NCBI GenBank assembly: GCA_963674705.1
Contig: OY771506.1
Span: 1,440,001-1,504,000, forward strand
Reading direction: 5' to 3'
From: Phycisphaeraceae bacterium
GTDB lineage: Bacteria > Planctomycetota > Phycisphaerae > Phycisphaerales > Phycisphaeraceae
Length of the DNA: 64,000 nucleotides
Positions 25,616-35,392 of the stretch are shown here, piece by piece. Position numbers and translations under genes: made by a program. The notes beneath the pieces are model-generated. The model saw only the letters and a program-made list of their open reading frames with translations. It made no database searches and was not told the origin of the DNA. Each line of letters begins with the position of its first letter. Position 1 is the first letter of the stretch.

Positions 25616-28600
25616 ATGCCTACCGAATCCCCCACGAACGAACTGGCTAAGCAGTACCGCCCTGAAGAGGTGGAGCGCGATGTCGCCAAGCGCTGGGACG
25701 AGGCCAAAGCCTTCGCCGCCTCCCCCCAAGACTCAAGCCGCAAGCCTAAAGCCTATTCAATCGTCATCCCCCCGCCGAACGTCACAGCAGCATTGCACAT
25801 GGGCCACGCTCTGAACAATACGCTGCAGGACATCCTCATCCGCTGGCACCGGATGCTCGGGGACAACACGCTCTGGATGCCCGGCACGGACCACGCCGGC
25901 ATCGCGACGCAGACCGTTGTCGATAAGCGGCTTCAAAACGAAGGCGAGCCCGCGCTCAAGGATTACAAGCAGCTCGAGGCTGAAGGTAAGGACGGACGCG
26001 AGCAGTTCATCGGGAAGGTGCAGGCGTGGAAAGATGAGTACGAAGCCGTCATCACAGGCCAGCTCAAGAGCATGGGCTGTTCTTGCGACTGGGACCGTCA
26101 GCGGTTCACGATGGACGATCAGTGCGCGAAAGCCGTGCGCGAAGCGTTCTTCCGCCTGTTTAAGGACGGTCTGATCTATCGCGGCAAGCGCCTGGTGAAC
26201 TGGGACCCGGCCACGCAGACGGCGCTCGCCGATGACGAAGTCGAAATGCAGGATGTGGATGGGCAGTTCTACTACATGAAGTACCCCGTCATCGATGATG
26301 AAGGCAAGCCGACCGGCGAATACGTCACCGTCGCCACGACGCGCCCTGAAACGATGCTCGGTGATACGGCCGTGGCGGTGAATCCGCGCGACACCGCGCG
26401 AGGCCAATTCATCGGCAAGCGCGTTGAGCTTCCTATTGTCGGCAGGCGCATCCCGATCGTGGGTGATGAATACGTCGTGATCCCCGACCCCGAATCCGAC
26501 GACTCAAAAGCGAGGATGGCAAGCGGCTTCCTGAAAGTTACCCCCGCACACGATCCGAACGACTGGGAGATCGGCCAAAGGCACGCGCTCGACGTCATCA
26601 ACGTCATGGCACCCGACGGCACGATCAGCCGGGACCACGGCTGGGACGACTTCGAAAACTGGCTGAACAGTTCGCACGCCGACAAGCAAACGCTTGACGC
26701 CCTGCTTGGTCAGTCGCGCGAACAGGCGCGCAAGACCGTGGTGAAGTGGTTCGAAGCCCGGGACCTCATGGCCGAGATCAAGCCCTACCGTCACGCGGTG
26801 GGCCACAGCTATCGTTCGCACGTGGCGATCGAACCTTACCTGAGCGACCAGTGGTACGTGAAGGTGACGGATGAACGCTTGCGTGGTGCGGCGATCGACG
26901 CGATGGCCCCCGACCAGCGCCAGCCGTTAGCCGATGCGTATGAGTTTGAACGCAAGCTGAGCCGGGAGCAGCTAGAGAACGACGGCGTCAAGCTGAACGT
27001 TCCGGGTGAAAAGGGCGCGACCTGGCAGAGCGAACTTCGCTTCTACCCCGAACGCTACGCCCGCACCTTCCAGAACTGGCACGAAAACCTCCGCGACTGG
27101 TGCATCTCACGACAACTGTGGTGGGGACATCGGATACCAGTGTGGTATGCAACTGCCACTGCCGGAGACAAAACACCAATTCCGATCGACTCAATGAAAC
27201 TGCCGGGCAAGGTTACTTTCAATTGTCTTACTGAAGAAGAAAACAACACGATAGTTGTACAAGCGATGGCTGGTCGTGATGCAACAGGGCCAACTTTTGC
27301 AATATGCGTGCCACCTGATTGTAGCGAGATTGAGAGGAAGCTTGAGGCTGTTGGCTTCACCCAAGACCCCGACGTCCTCGACACCTGGTTCTCTAGCGCC
27401 CTCTGGCCACTTTCCACCATGGGCTGGCCCGAAGACACGGCCGAACTACAGACGTGGAATCCAACGAACGTGCTTTGCACGGCGCGTGAGATCATCACGT
27501 TGTGGGTGTCGCGTATGGTGATGTTTAATACGTATCTGCACGGGAAGCTGCCGTTTAAGGATGTGTTTATCCATGCGATGATCCAGGACGGGCACGGGCA
27601 GAAGATGAGTAAGAGTCTCGGTAACGGCGTTGACCCGAACGACATTATTCATAGCCACGGCGCGGACGCGATGCGGTTCACGCTCACGAGCATGACGACG
27701 CAGACGCAGGATGTGCGTATGCCGGTGGACATGGTGTGTCCGCACACGGGTCAGATGTTTACGCCGAAGTTCGTGACCAGCGGATCGAGCCAGTCTCGCG
27801 TCGCGGCGCCGATTCAGGATTCGCCTTTTGCCAAGGGCAAGAAGATGACCTCCAGCTTCGGCGTGGCGTCGGGCCAGGTGAAGCCGACGGACGATGCGCC
27901 GCTTGCGCGCAACACCAGTGAGAAGTTCGACTACGGCCGCAACTTTTCTAATAAACTCTGGAACGCCACGCGTTTTGCGCTGAGCAAACTGGCGGAAGCG
28001 GAGAACACCGACGGCGGCGGCACAGGCGAGCAGCTCAGCCTGGCGGATCGGTGGATCCTCTCACGCACAGCCCGAACCATCGAAGCGGTGAACAAGTCTT
28101 TGGCGGAGTATGAGTTCCATAACTATGCCGGGCGTCTGTATCAGTTTGTGTGGAACGATGTGTGCGACTGGTACATCGAAGCGGTCAAGCCGACAATCAG
28201 CACGCCGCAGGGCGCACGTTCGCGTCAGGTGTTGGCGACGGTGTTGGATGTGTCGCTGCGTATGCTTCACCCGACGATGCCGTTCATCACCGAGCGTTTG
28301 TGGGAATCGCTCAGCGCGGTAGCGCCGAAACGCGGCGTGCGCGGACTCGACCCGAACGAAAATGACCTGTTGGTAACCGCCGACTGGCCGGTCGCGGACC
28401 GCGCGCTGGTTGACCTGCATGCGGAGGATATCTTCGAGAAACTGCGTACGCTGATAACGATGATCCGTGAAGTGCGGACAGTGAATAAGGTGCCGCCTCG
28501 CGAATGTGTTGAGGTATCGGTGAAGATCGCGCCGGACCTGGTCGGCGAGATCAGCCCGCGACAAAACATCGTCGAATCCCTGGCGAACGTGAAGCTGGTA

Positions 28601-28885
28601 GCGATCGGAGACACGATCGAGAAGCCTGCGGACGCGGCAGTGATCGTGCGGCCGATGGTTGAGGTGTACCTGCATAACCAGCTCGACGCCGAAGCCGAGA
28701 AGTCGCGCCTTACCAAACACCTCTCGGACGTGACGGGCCAGATTAAGAACCTGGAAGGCCGACTGAGCAACGAAAACTACACCAAGAAAGCCCCCGCCCA
28801 CCTGGTGCAGGAATCCCGCGACAAACTGACGGCCCTGAAGCGCGAGCTGGAAGCGGTCAAGAAACAGTTGGCGGAGTTGGGTTAG
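25616..28885 (+). CDS. valS: Valine--tRNA ligase
   Basis: Motifs PPPNVTAALHMGH, DHAGIATQ, ATTRPET, ISRQLWWGHRIP, DVLDTWFSS and KMSKS, plus a C-terminal coiled coil. Confidence 0.98.
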   Translation: MPTESPTNELAKQYRPEEVERDVAKRWDEAKAFAASPQDSSRKPKAYSIVIPPPNVTAALHMGHALNNTLQDILIRWHRMLGDNTLWMPGTDHAGIATQTVVDKRLQNEGEPALKDYKQLEAEGKDGREQFIGKVQAWKDEYEAVITGQLKSMGCSCDWDRQRFTMDDQCAKAVREAFFRLFKDGLIYRGKRLVNWDPATQTALADDEVEMQDVDGQFYYMKYPVIDDEGKPTGEYVTVATTRPETMLGDTAVAVNPRDTARGQFIGKRVELPIVGRRIPIVGDEYVVIPDPESDDSKARMASGFLKVTPAHDPNDWEIGQRHALDVINVMAPDGTISRDHGWDDFENWLNSSHADKQTLDALLGQSREQARKTVVKWFEARDLMAEIKPYRHAVGHSYRSHVAIEPYLSDQWYVKVTDERLRGAAIDAMAPDQRQPLADAYEFERKLSREQLENDGVKLNVPGEKGATWQSELRFYPERYARTFQNWHENLRDWCISRQLWWGHRIPVWYATATAGDKTPIPIDSMKLPGKVTFNCLTEEENNTIVVQAMAGRDATGPTFAICVPPDCSEIERKLEAVGFTQDPDVLDTWFSSALWPLSTMGWPEDTAELQTWNPTNVLCTAREIITLWVSRMVMFNTYLHGKLPFKDVFIHAMIQDGHGQKMSKSLGNGVDPNDIIHSHGADAMRFTLTSMTTQTQDVRMPVDMVCPHTGQMFTPKFVTSGSSQSRVAAPIQDSPFAKGKKMTSSFGVASGQVKPTDDAPLARNTSEKFDYGRNFSNKLWNATRFALSKLAEAENTDGGGTGEQLSLADRWILSRTARTIEAVNKSLAEYEFHNYAGRLYQFVWNDVCDWYIEAVKPTISTPQGARSRQVLATVLDVSLRMLHPTMPFITERLWESLSAVAPKRGVRGLDPNENDLLVTADWPVADRALVDLHAEDIFEKLRTLITMIREVRTVNKVPPRECVEVSVKIAPDLVGEISPRQNIVESLANVKLVAIGDTIEKPADAAVIVRPMVEVYLHNQLDAEAEKSRLTKHLSDVTGQIKNLEGRLSNENYTKKAPAHLVQESRDKLTALKRELEAVKKQLAELG

Positions 28886-28945
28886 AAGTTTGAAGTGAAT
28901 AACTGCCAATAACTTCAATAATTTAGTTGATGTGCGTAATACAAC

Positions 28946-29049
28946 CCCCACCAAAGCCCTGCGGGCGATGGTGGGGCATTTTAGAATCAAAAGCACACAT
29001 ATCAATGTAATACAAAGCCCGGTCATAGCCCGCAGGGCTTTGGCCGGGG
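28946..29049. repeat. REP pair (family D) downstream of RAYT-2
   Basis: CCCCACCAAAGCCCTGCGGGCGATGGTGGGG (28946-28976) and the inverted copy CAAAGCCCGGTCATAGCCCGCAGGGCTTTGGCCGGGG (29013-29049). Confidence 0.8.
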
Positions 29050-29062
29050 TTCTTCTTATAAA

Positions 29063-29602
29063 TCACCCACTTACATCCTCATCCGATTCATCCCTGAATC
29101 TCCACACCCACGCACCATGATCTACATGCTTAATGATGTAGTTGAATGTGTTGACCTGATGCGTCTGGTCTTTGATTGTTTTTACGCCGCAACCTTTGGC
29201 CCAGATCCGCCCGGGCATTTTGTCGCTTACAGCCCTTGAAGCGTGTCGTTTCATTTTGCCGACTTCACTGATCGTGTTTGCGGTTGGTAGTTCGATCAGC
29301 AAGTGAACATGCATGGGCGAAACACTCACAGCATTGATGCGATATGCGTACTGTTTGGCGCATGCGACAATTGCTTGCCCTACTTGTTTTAGTACCGGCT
29401 TGGGGATTATCACGGTGTGTGGTTGCAGCTTCTTGCTGTGTTTGAGCAGTTCTGCGTGTTCACCCGGTGGAGGTGGATGATGGTGGTCTCCTGAGGAATA
29501 GACTTTTGCATGTTTGGCACGGAAGCCGCGCGGATCACCGGGCAGCCATGATCCGTGTGTGCCGAAGGTGATGTGATACCAGCGTTTTCCCGGAGAAGGC
29601 AT
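29063..29602 (-). CDS. REP-associated tyrosine transposase (HUH Y1), RAYT-2
   Basis: Motifs WYHITFGTHGSWLPGDPRGF, HVHLL, IWAKG and NYI. TATCCT lies 6 nt before ATG 29602. Confidence 0.85.
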   Translation of the reverse strand: MPSPGKRWYHITFGTHGSWLPGDPRGFRAKHAKVYSSGDHHHPPPPGEHAELLKHSKKLQPHTVIIPKPVLKQVGQAIVACAKQYAYRINAVSVSPMHVHLLIELPTANTISEVGKMKRHASRAVSDKMPGRIWAKGCGVKTIKDQTHQVNTFNYIIKHVDHGAWVWRFRDESDEDVSG

Positions 29603-29641
29603 GGGGTGAGGATATCCGTGTCGTCGTGTCATGCCAACCAC

Positions 29642-29727
29642 CTCCGCCAAAGCCCTTCGGGCTATGACGGGGCTTTGGTGGTTATTTTCGGATCAAAGCC
29701 CGGTCATGGCCCGAAGGGCCTTGGCCG
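29642..29727. repeat. REP pair (family D) upstream of RAYT-2
   Basis: CTCCGCCAAAGCCCTTCGGGCTATGACGGGGCTTTG and CAAAGCCCGGTCATGGCCCGAAGGGCCTTGGCCG. Confidence 0.8.
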
Positions 29728-29754
29728 CCGTGGCTTCCACGGTAAGATGCTCCC

Positions 29755-30492
29755 ATGCCACGCTTCAAAGATCACGCAATCTGCATTCGTCACATCGACT
29801 GGTCGGAGTCCAGCCAGGTGGTGGTGCTATTAACGGCTGAGCATGGGAAGCTGCGCGGGCTGGCGAAGGGGTCGAAGCGGATGAGCCCTAGCAGTGTGCA
29901 GCGGTTTTCGGGGGGGATCGAGCTATTGACGCTGGGGCAGGTGGTGGCGGTGACGAAACCGAGCGCGGAGCTTGCGACGTTGACGGAGTGGGATTTGCAG
30001 GAGGATTACCACTACCTGCGAGGTGATTACCGGGCGCAGTGTTATGCGATGTATGCGGCCGACCTGTGTAACGCGATGCTGGCGGACGAGGATGTGCATC
30101 CCGGGGCGTTTGCAGCACTGACCGAGCTGCTTGAAGCGTTGCGCGATAAAGATCGACTCGGGGCGGCGCTATTGTGGTTTCAGTGGGCGCTATTATTGGA
30201 TTGCGGGTATCGGCCGGAGCTTGAGGTTGATGTGCGCAAGAGCGGTGAGCTTCCAAACAGCAAAGCGTACACGTTCGACCCGGTCGCGGGTGGCTTGACC
30301 ATCGAAAACGGCATCGCGGACTGGCGCGTGCGCAAGCAGACGGTGACGCTGTTGCGGAAGCTGTCGAACGGTGAAGTGATCGACGATGAGGAAGCGGACG
30401 CGATCGGACGGGCGAATAAGTTGCTATGCGTTTATGCGCGGGCGATCCTGGATCGTGAGTTGCCGACGATGGGGATTGTTTTGAAGGGTTGA
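29755..30492 (+). CDS. recO: DNA repair protein RecO
   Basis: N-terminal OB fold D.AIC.R..DWSESSQVV.LLT..HGK.RGLAKG and LL..GYRPEL. Confidence 0.9.
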   Translation: MPRFKDHAICIRHIDWSESSQVVVLLTAEHGKLRGLAKGSKRMSPSSVQRFSGGIELLTLGQVVAVTKPSAELATLTEWDLQEDYHYLRGDYRAQCYAMYAADLCNAMLADEDVHPGAFAALTELLEALRDKDRLGAALLWFQWALLLDCGYRPELEVDVRKSGELPNSKAYTFDPVAGGLTIENGIADWRVRKQTVTLLRKLSNGEVIDDEEADAIGRANKLLCVYARAILDRELPTMGIVLKG

Positions 30493-30570
30493 GGTTTGAG
30501 CGCTGAGTGCTGAGGTAAGAAGCAGCAGCGCCAAGCCGCAAGCGGCTTATTGCCTCACACCTCAAGCCTA
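30484..30570. repeat. Heptamer array, hairpin AAGCCGC-AA-GCGGCTT, and inverted heptamers
   Basis: AAGGGTT GAGGTTT GAGCGCT GAGTGCT GAGG, a hairpin at ~30533-30548, then GCCTCAC ACCTCAA GCCT. Confidence 0.6.
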
Positions 30571-30571
30571 C

Positions 30572-31075
30572 TTACGGTTCATATCGTTCGATGTAGAACA
30601 TGCTGTCGGCGGCTCTTGGGCCGATCATGTGCCAGCTCAGGGGGTATTTGGGTTTGATCTCGAGGTAGAGTTGATACAGGCGTTTGCCGATGGCGTGTTG
30701 CTGGTCGATATTTTTTTCGATGCGTGAGACATCGGTATTAGGGATGAACTGGCCGGTCGAATAGTTCCAGTTGGGATCGATGCGGACCATGAGGTGGCCC
30801 TCATCCCACTCGATGGGGTAGCCGTGGACGTGTCCCTCACCGGTGTTGGGGGTGTGGAACCAGTAGCAGAGGAAGCGGTCCTTGGTGACGGTGGAGGTAT
30901 CTTGCGTGCCGCCGATCAGGAGCTTGGCGTGGCTGACGCGGACGGGGACGACGCCCCATTTTTTCTTGGCGATCCAGGGTTTACGGGCCTGGACGTCGTA
31001 CAAGCCGACGTGGGCGTAGTCACAGCGGAGCTTGTCGGTGCAGTGCTGCTTGTTGATCTGGTGTTGGCCTGACAC
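30572..31075 (-). CDS. Hypothetical protein
   Basis: 167-aa ORF with host-like codon usage and a GTG start. Confidence 0.7.
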   Translation of the reverse strand: MSGQHQINKQHCTDKLRCDYAHVGLYDVQARKPWIAKKKWGVVPVRVSHAKLLIGGTQDTSTVTKDRFLCYWFHTPNTGEGHVHGYPIEWDEGHLMVRIDPNWNYSTGQFIPNTDVSRIEKNIDQQHAIGKRLYQLYLEIKPKYPLSWHMIGPRAADSMFYIERYEP

Positions 31076-31193
31076 GATTGCTGGCTCGTCGGTTTGGTGG
31101 CTGTGGCTCCGGGCCGTTATGTTATGTTGCCCGGCGGCTTATCGCACGCCCGGGATGATACGCAACAAGGCTACTGAGTCCAGACGGAGATAC

Positions 31194-31607
31194 ATGATGA
31201 GCGAAGCGACGGCGGCGGGTCCGATCGCCACAGGTGTGTTGGCGGAGAAGAGCCCGGAGAAGCTGGTACTGGCGGTCCCGGGGTCCGATTATCGTTTGCA
31301 CCTGGTGCCGGTCGGCACGATCGACGCCCAGGTGGATGAACGCGTCAGCGGGATTATCCGCGCCAAGGCCCGTCGGGTCGATGTGATCTCGGCCGGTGGA
31401 AGGTTCATCGAACCGGTATTCGGCAGACCCCGCCGTGTGCAGGGCAGGATCATCGACGGTGATCCCAAGGCCAACACGATCACCGTCCTGGCGGCCGTCC
31501 CCGTGACCGTCAGCCTGATGCCCCAACAACACACCGGCCAGTTTGCCCCCGGTCAGATGGTGAGTTTTGATGTTGAACCCGGCGCGACATTCAGCGTAGC
31601 TGAATGA
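31194..31607 (+). CDS. Hypothetical protein (beta-rich)
   Basis: GGAG SD before ATG 31194, motif GGRFIEPVFGRPRRVQG. Confidence 0.7.
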   Translation: MMSEATAAGPIATGVLAEKSPEKLVLAVPGSDYRLHLVPVGTIDAQVDERVSGIIRAKARRVDVISAGGRFIEPVFGRPRRVQGRIIDGDPKANTITVLAAVPVTVSLMPQQHTGQFAPGQMVSFDVEPGATFSVAE

Positions 31608-31653
31608 GAAAGCTGGAAAACGAGAAAACTGGAAAGCTGGAAATACGATCTTT

Positions 31654-31716
31654 CCGATACCCGATACCCGATACCCGATACCCGATACCCGATACCCGAT
31701 ACCCGATACCCGATAC
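31654..31716. repeat. Perfect heptamer microsatellite (CCGATAC)9
   Basis: Nine exact copies counted. Confidence 0.95.
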
Positions 31717-31790
31717 CCGGACCTTCGCTTCGCTCGGGACCGGCGTTGGTCAGAAGTTCTGACCAGACCCTAGACCCTAGACCCTAGACC
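31717..31790 (-). repeat. Family A element copy 2 plus (CTAGACC) heptamers
   Basis: Reverse complement reads CCAACGCCGGTCCCGAGCGAAGCGAAGGTCCGG. CCAGACC(CTAGACC)3 at 31763-31790. Confidence 0.8.
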
Positions 31791-31797
31791 CCACTCC

Positions 31798-32799
31798 ATG
31801 AAACAACGTCTACAACGTATTTTAATCACCGGCGGGGCCGGCTTTCTTGGTTCGCATCTTTGTGATCGCCTGGTCGCGCAAGGCCATGATGTGATCTGTC
31901 TGGATAACTTTTTTACCAGCCAGAAGCTGAACGTCATGCACCTGCTTGGCGAGCCGAACTTCGAATTGATCCGCCATGATGTGACGCACCCGATCTACCT
32001 TGAGGTTGATGAGGTATATAACCTGGCGTGTCCCGCGTCGCCGGTGCATTATCAGTACAACCCGATCAAGACAACGAAGGTCTCGGTCATGGGAGCGATC
32101 AACGTGCTTGGTATCGGCAAGCGGTGCAAAGCCAAGGTGTTCCAGGCCTCGACCAGCGAAGTCTACGGCGACCCGGACATCCACCCCCAACCCGAGAGCT
32201 ATCGCGGCAACGTGAATCCGATCGGCGTCCGCGCCTGTTACGACGAAGGCAAGCGCGTGGCGGAGACATTGTTCTTCGATTACCACCGATCCAACGGCGT
32301 AAACATCCGCGTCGTACGTATTTTCAACACGTATGGGCCGAGGATGCACCCGTATGACGGGCGCGTGGTGTCGAACTTTATCCTCCAGGCGCTGCGTGAT
32401 GAGGACATCACGCTGTATGGCGATGGGTCTCAGACACGTTCCTTCTGTTATGTGGATGATCTGGTTGAAGGCTTTATCCGGATGATGAACGGGCCGGACG
32501 ATTTTATTGGCCCGGTGAATCTGGGGAACCCGGATGAATTTACGATCAAGGAACTGGCGGAGATCGTGATCGAACTGACTGGCTCGAAGAGCAAGCTTAC
32601 GTATATGCCTTTACCCGCAGACGATCCGACGCAGCGTCAGCCTGACATCAGCCTGGCGAAAAAGAAGCTGGATTGGGAGCCGACGATCAAGCTGCGTGAC
32701 GGGCTCGCCAAGACGATCGAGTACTTCAGGTCCATCGACCTGAACAGCTTCCGTCAGCCGACGGATCACACGGCACATAAATCGTCGCAGACCGGTTAA
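31798..32799 (+). CDS. UDP-glucuronate decarboxylase family (extended SDR)
   Basis: Motifs [36 protein letters not shown] and [10 protein letters not shown]. Confidence 0.92.
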   Translation: MKQRLQRILITGGAGFLGSHLCDRLVAQGHDVICLDNFFTSQKLNVMHLLGEPNFELIRHDVTHPIYLEVDEVYNLACPASPVHYQYNPIKTTKVSVMGAINVLGIGKRCKAKVFQASTSEVYGDPDIHPQPESYRGNVNPIGVRACYDEGKRVAETLFFDYHRSNGVNIRVVRIFNTYGPRMHPYDGRVVSNFILQALRDEDITLYGDGSQTRSFCYVDDLVEGFIRMMNGPDDFIGPVNLGNPDEFTIKELAEIVIELTGSKSKLTYMPLPADDPTQRQPDISLAKKKLDWEPTIKLRDGLAKTIEYFRSIDLNSFRQPTDHTAHKSSQTG

Positions 32800-32909
32800 T
32801 TTCCGCATTTTGGTTTGAGTTGGCGACTCTGGTTCGCATGCCGCGTGCCGGAGCGGTTATCATGCCTGTTCTGCACATTCAGGTATTTATATAACAAGGC
32901 AGGTAGATA

Positions 32910-33725
32910 ATGGCTGTGAAAACTGAAATGTTCGATCTGACAGGCAAGGTCGCCTTGATCACCGGTGGCGCGAGCGGGCTTGGTAAACACATCGCTGCTG
33001 CGATGATTCAACACGGCGCGAAGGTGCTGGTAGGTTCGCGTACGCAAGCCAAGGTCGATGAAGCCGCGGAAGAACTCGACGCGATCGGCGATGCGACGGG
33101 CGAAGATGCTGTGGCGGCGGGGATCGCGCTGGATGTGACAAGCGATGCTTCGGTCGAACGTGCGGTGCGTAAAGCGGTTGACCTGTTTGGTGGATTGCAC
33201 ATCGTCGTGAACTCGGCCGGGCATCAGTTGAAGAAGCCGACGTTTGATCTGACGCCCGATGAATTCAACACCATGTTCGATACGCATGTGACCGGCAGTT
33301 TGCGCGTTGCACAGGCGGCGGGACATATCTTCCGTGAACAGCACGAGGGCTGCATCATCAACATCGCGTCGATCAGTAGCTACGTCGACCTGATCGAAGT
33401 TGCTGCTTATGCATCTGCCAAGAACGCGGTGCTTGGTCTGACACGTTCGCTTGCCAACGAGTGGGCGAAGTACGGTATCCGAACCAACGCGATCGCGCCG
33501 GGCTTCTTCCCGACGGACCTGAACCGCAAGATGATCGAAGGCACGGACCGTGGTCGGCGGATCATCGAGCATACACCCTTCGGCCGATTTGGTGACGGGC
33601 CGGAGCTTGCCGGCGCAGCGGTGTATCTGGCCTCTCCAGCCGGGCGATTCGTTAACGGGCATACCATCCTGGTGGATGGCGGTTACCTCGCCTGCGGGAT
33701 CGGGGACAGCAACGCCGATTGGTAA
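32910..33725 (+). CDS. SDR oxidoreductase (gluconate 5-dehydrogenase/KduD-like)
   Basis: Motifs TGGASGLG, YASAK, NAIAPGFF and VDGG. Confidence 0.88.
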   Translation: MAVKTEMFDLTGKVALITGGASGLGKHIAAAMIQHGAKVLVGSRTQAKVDEAAEELDAIGDATGEDAVAAGIALDVTSDASVERAVRKAVDLFGGLHIVVNSAGHQLKKPTFDLTPDEFNTMFDTHVTGSLRVAQAAGHIFREQHEGCIINIASISSYVDLIEVAAYASAKNAVLGLTRSLANEWAKYGIRTNAIAPGFFPTDLNRKMIEGTDRGRRIIEHTPFGRFGDGPELAGAAVYLASPAGRFVNGHTILVDGGYLACGIGDSNADW

Positions 33726-33793
33726 TCATCGGACACGGGTAGTTTTTTGGGGGGTATTTTGAGGCTGTTTTTACATAGCCAACCAAAAAATGC

Positions 33794-33822
33794 TTGCAGA
33801 CGGGCAAACAATCTCCTAACCT
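33794..33822 (+). promoter_or_regulatory. Sigma70-type promoter
   Basis: TTGCAG-17 nt-TAACCT preceded by an A-tract. Confidence 0.5.
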
Positions 33823-33908
33823 CAGGATTCTATTCTGGGCTCATAGGGTATATGGATATCGGCGCGCGTCGATTCAGGTCTGTGCCCTACTAATGAGGAG
33901 GCGATGAT

Positions 33909-35102
33909 ATGCGTCTAGCGACTTTGGCATTGATCGGCGGGATGGGTGTTCTGGGTTTTGCCGGCGGAGCACGGGCGATCGATATCGTGATCGACTACAC
34001 CTACGACACCAGTAACTTCTTTGGCTCTGGAAACCCGGATGGTGCGGCAGCCGGGCAGATGGCCAAAGATTCGCTTGAAGCCGCGGCAGATTATTTTTCC
34101 GAGATCCTGACGGATTCTTTTGATGCGATCAGCACGCCCAGCCCGTATCAGAGCCAATACTTTAATGGGCAAGTTATCTGGCAGTGGCAGGCAAACTTCT
34201 CGAATCCTTCTACCGGGTCGACGGTAACGCTTACCGACCCGACCATTGCGGAAGATCTGTACATCATTTACGCGGGCGCTCGCAGCATCGGCGGATCGAC
34301 ATTAGGCATCGGCGGGCCCGGCGGGTGGGCCTACAGCAGCAATCCCAGCGGCGGGTTTACGCAGGAAGAAATCAACGAGATCAACGACATCAGCGACGCT
34401 TTTTTCAGCTCGGTTGAAGATCGAGGGGAGGCGACCGGCTTCGCCAACTGGGGCGGGGCGATCACGTTTGATAACGATAGCAGCACGGATTGGTGGTATG
34501 ACCGGTCTGCTTCGCCGACCTACGGGACCAATGACTTCTACTCGGTCGCGGTCCACGAACTGGCACACGCACTTGGATTTGGTGCCAGTGATGATTGGGA
34601 CGATCTTGTCAGCGGCAGCACTTTCTACGGCTCGGTTTCTTTGGCTGAAAATGGCTCGTACCCCTTGCTATCAAGTGACCGCGCTCACTGGGCGGAAGAC
34701 ACGATGAGTACCGTTTTTGGCGGCAGCGATTCCCAGGAAGCGGCGATGGACCCCAATCTAACGCAAGGCGCACGCAAATTTTTTACTGCATTAGATGCCG
34801 CGGGTTTAGAGGATATCGGCTGGACGGTGGTCGAACCGGTTGTTCAGTTGGACGGCGACCTGAACAACGACGGCTTCGTAGGCCTGGACGATCTTGATAT
34901 CGTCCTCGGTGCGTGGAACCAGACTGTTCCGCCGGCGAATAGCGCAGCCGATCCATCAGGGGACGGTTTTGTCGGGCTCGATGACCTTGATATCGTTTTG
35001 AACAACTGGAACGCCGGGACGCCCCCGACAGTTGTTGTCCCCGAGCCTGCGACGATCGGTTTGCTCAGCCTGGCTTTGATGGCCGCGATGCGCCGTCGAT
35101 AA
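33909..35102 (+). CDS. Secreted zinc metalloprotease (matrixin-like) with dockerin-like repeat and PEP-CTERM
   Basis: Signal peptide, HELAHALG, Met-turn-like AAMDP, two DGFVGLDDLDIVL repeats, VPEP..RRR. Confidence 0.88.
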   Translation: MRLATLALIGGMGVLGFAGGARAIDIVIDYTYDTSNFFGSGNPDGAAAGQMAKDSLEAAADYFSEILTDSFDAISTPSPYQSQYFNGQVIWQWQANFSNPSTGSTVTLTDPTIAEDLYIIYAGARSIGGSTLGIGGPGGWAYSSNPSGGFTQEEINEINDISDAFFSSVEDRGEATGFANWGGAITFDNDSSTDWWYDRSASPTYGTNDFYSVAVHELAHALGFGASDDWDDLVSGSTFYGSVSLAENGSYPLLSSDRAHWAEDTMSTVFGGSDSQEAAMDPNLTQGARKFFTALDAAGLEDIGWTVVEPVVQLDGDLNNDGFVGLDDLDIVLGAWNQTVPPANSAADPSGDGFVGLDDLDIVLNNWNAGTPPTVVVPEPATIGLLSLALMAAMRRR

Positions 35103-35272
35103 GTACTCGGTTGTCTGAATATCACAACTTTGCCTATACCATGGGCAGCATAGTCGCGGATCCTGTCCGCGCGATTCCTACAGCCTGAATAATCATCAGA
35201 ATCCGCATGTACACCCGCGACGTCTGGTGCGGTAGGAATCACGCTATTTCGTTTGAAACACAGTAAAAACAC

Positions 35273-35301
35273 TTGTATTTAGGGTCTCACGGGCCTAACT
35301 T
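35273..35301 (+). promoter_or_regulatory. Sigma70-type promoter
   Basis: TTGTAT-17 nt-TAACTT preceded by an A-tract, parallel to 33794-33822. Confidence 0.5.
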
Positions 35302-35392
35302 CAAGGCATAAACTTAGACACAGACTGCGGCTTGTTCCCACCGAGACGTTTCCCGGCCGGGAAGTGCTGTTCGTAATGGTCGTGATCGAGAG

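Noticed and set aside
31654..31790. Possible CRISPR array
   Set aside because: These are contiguous 7-mers with no unique spacers, and no cas genes are present in the window.
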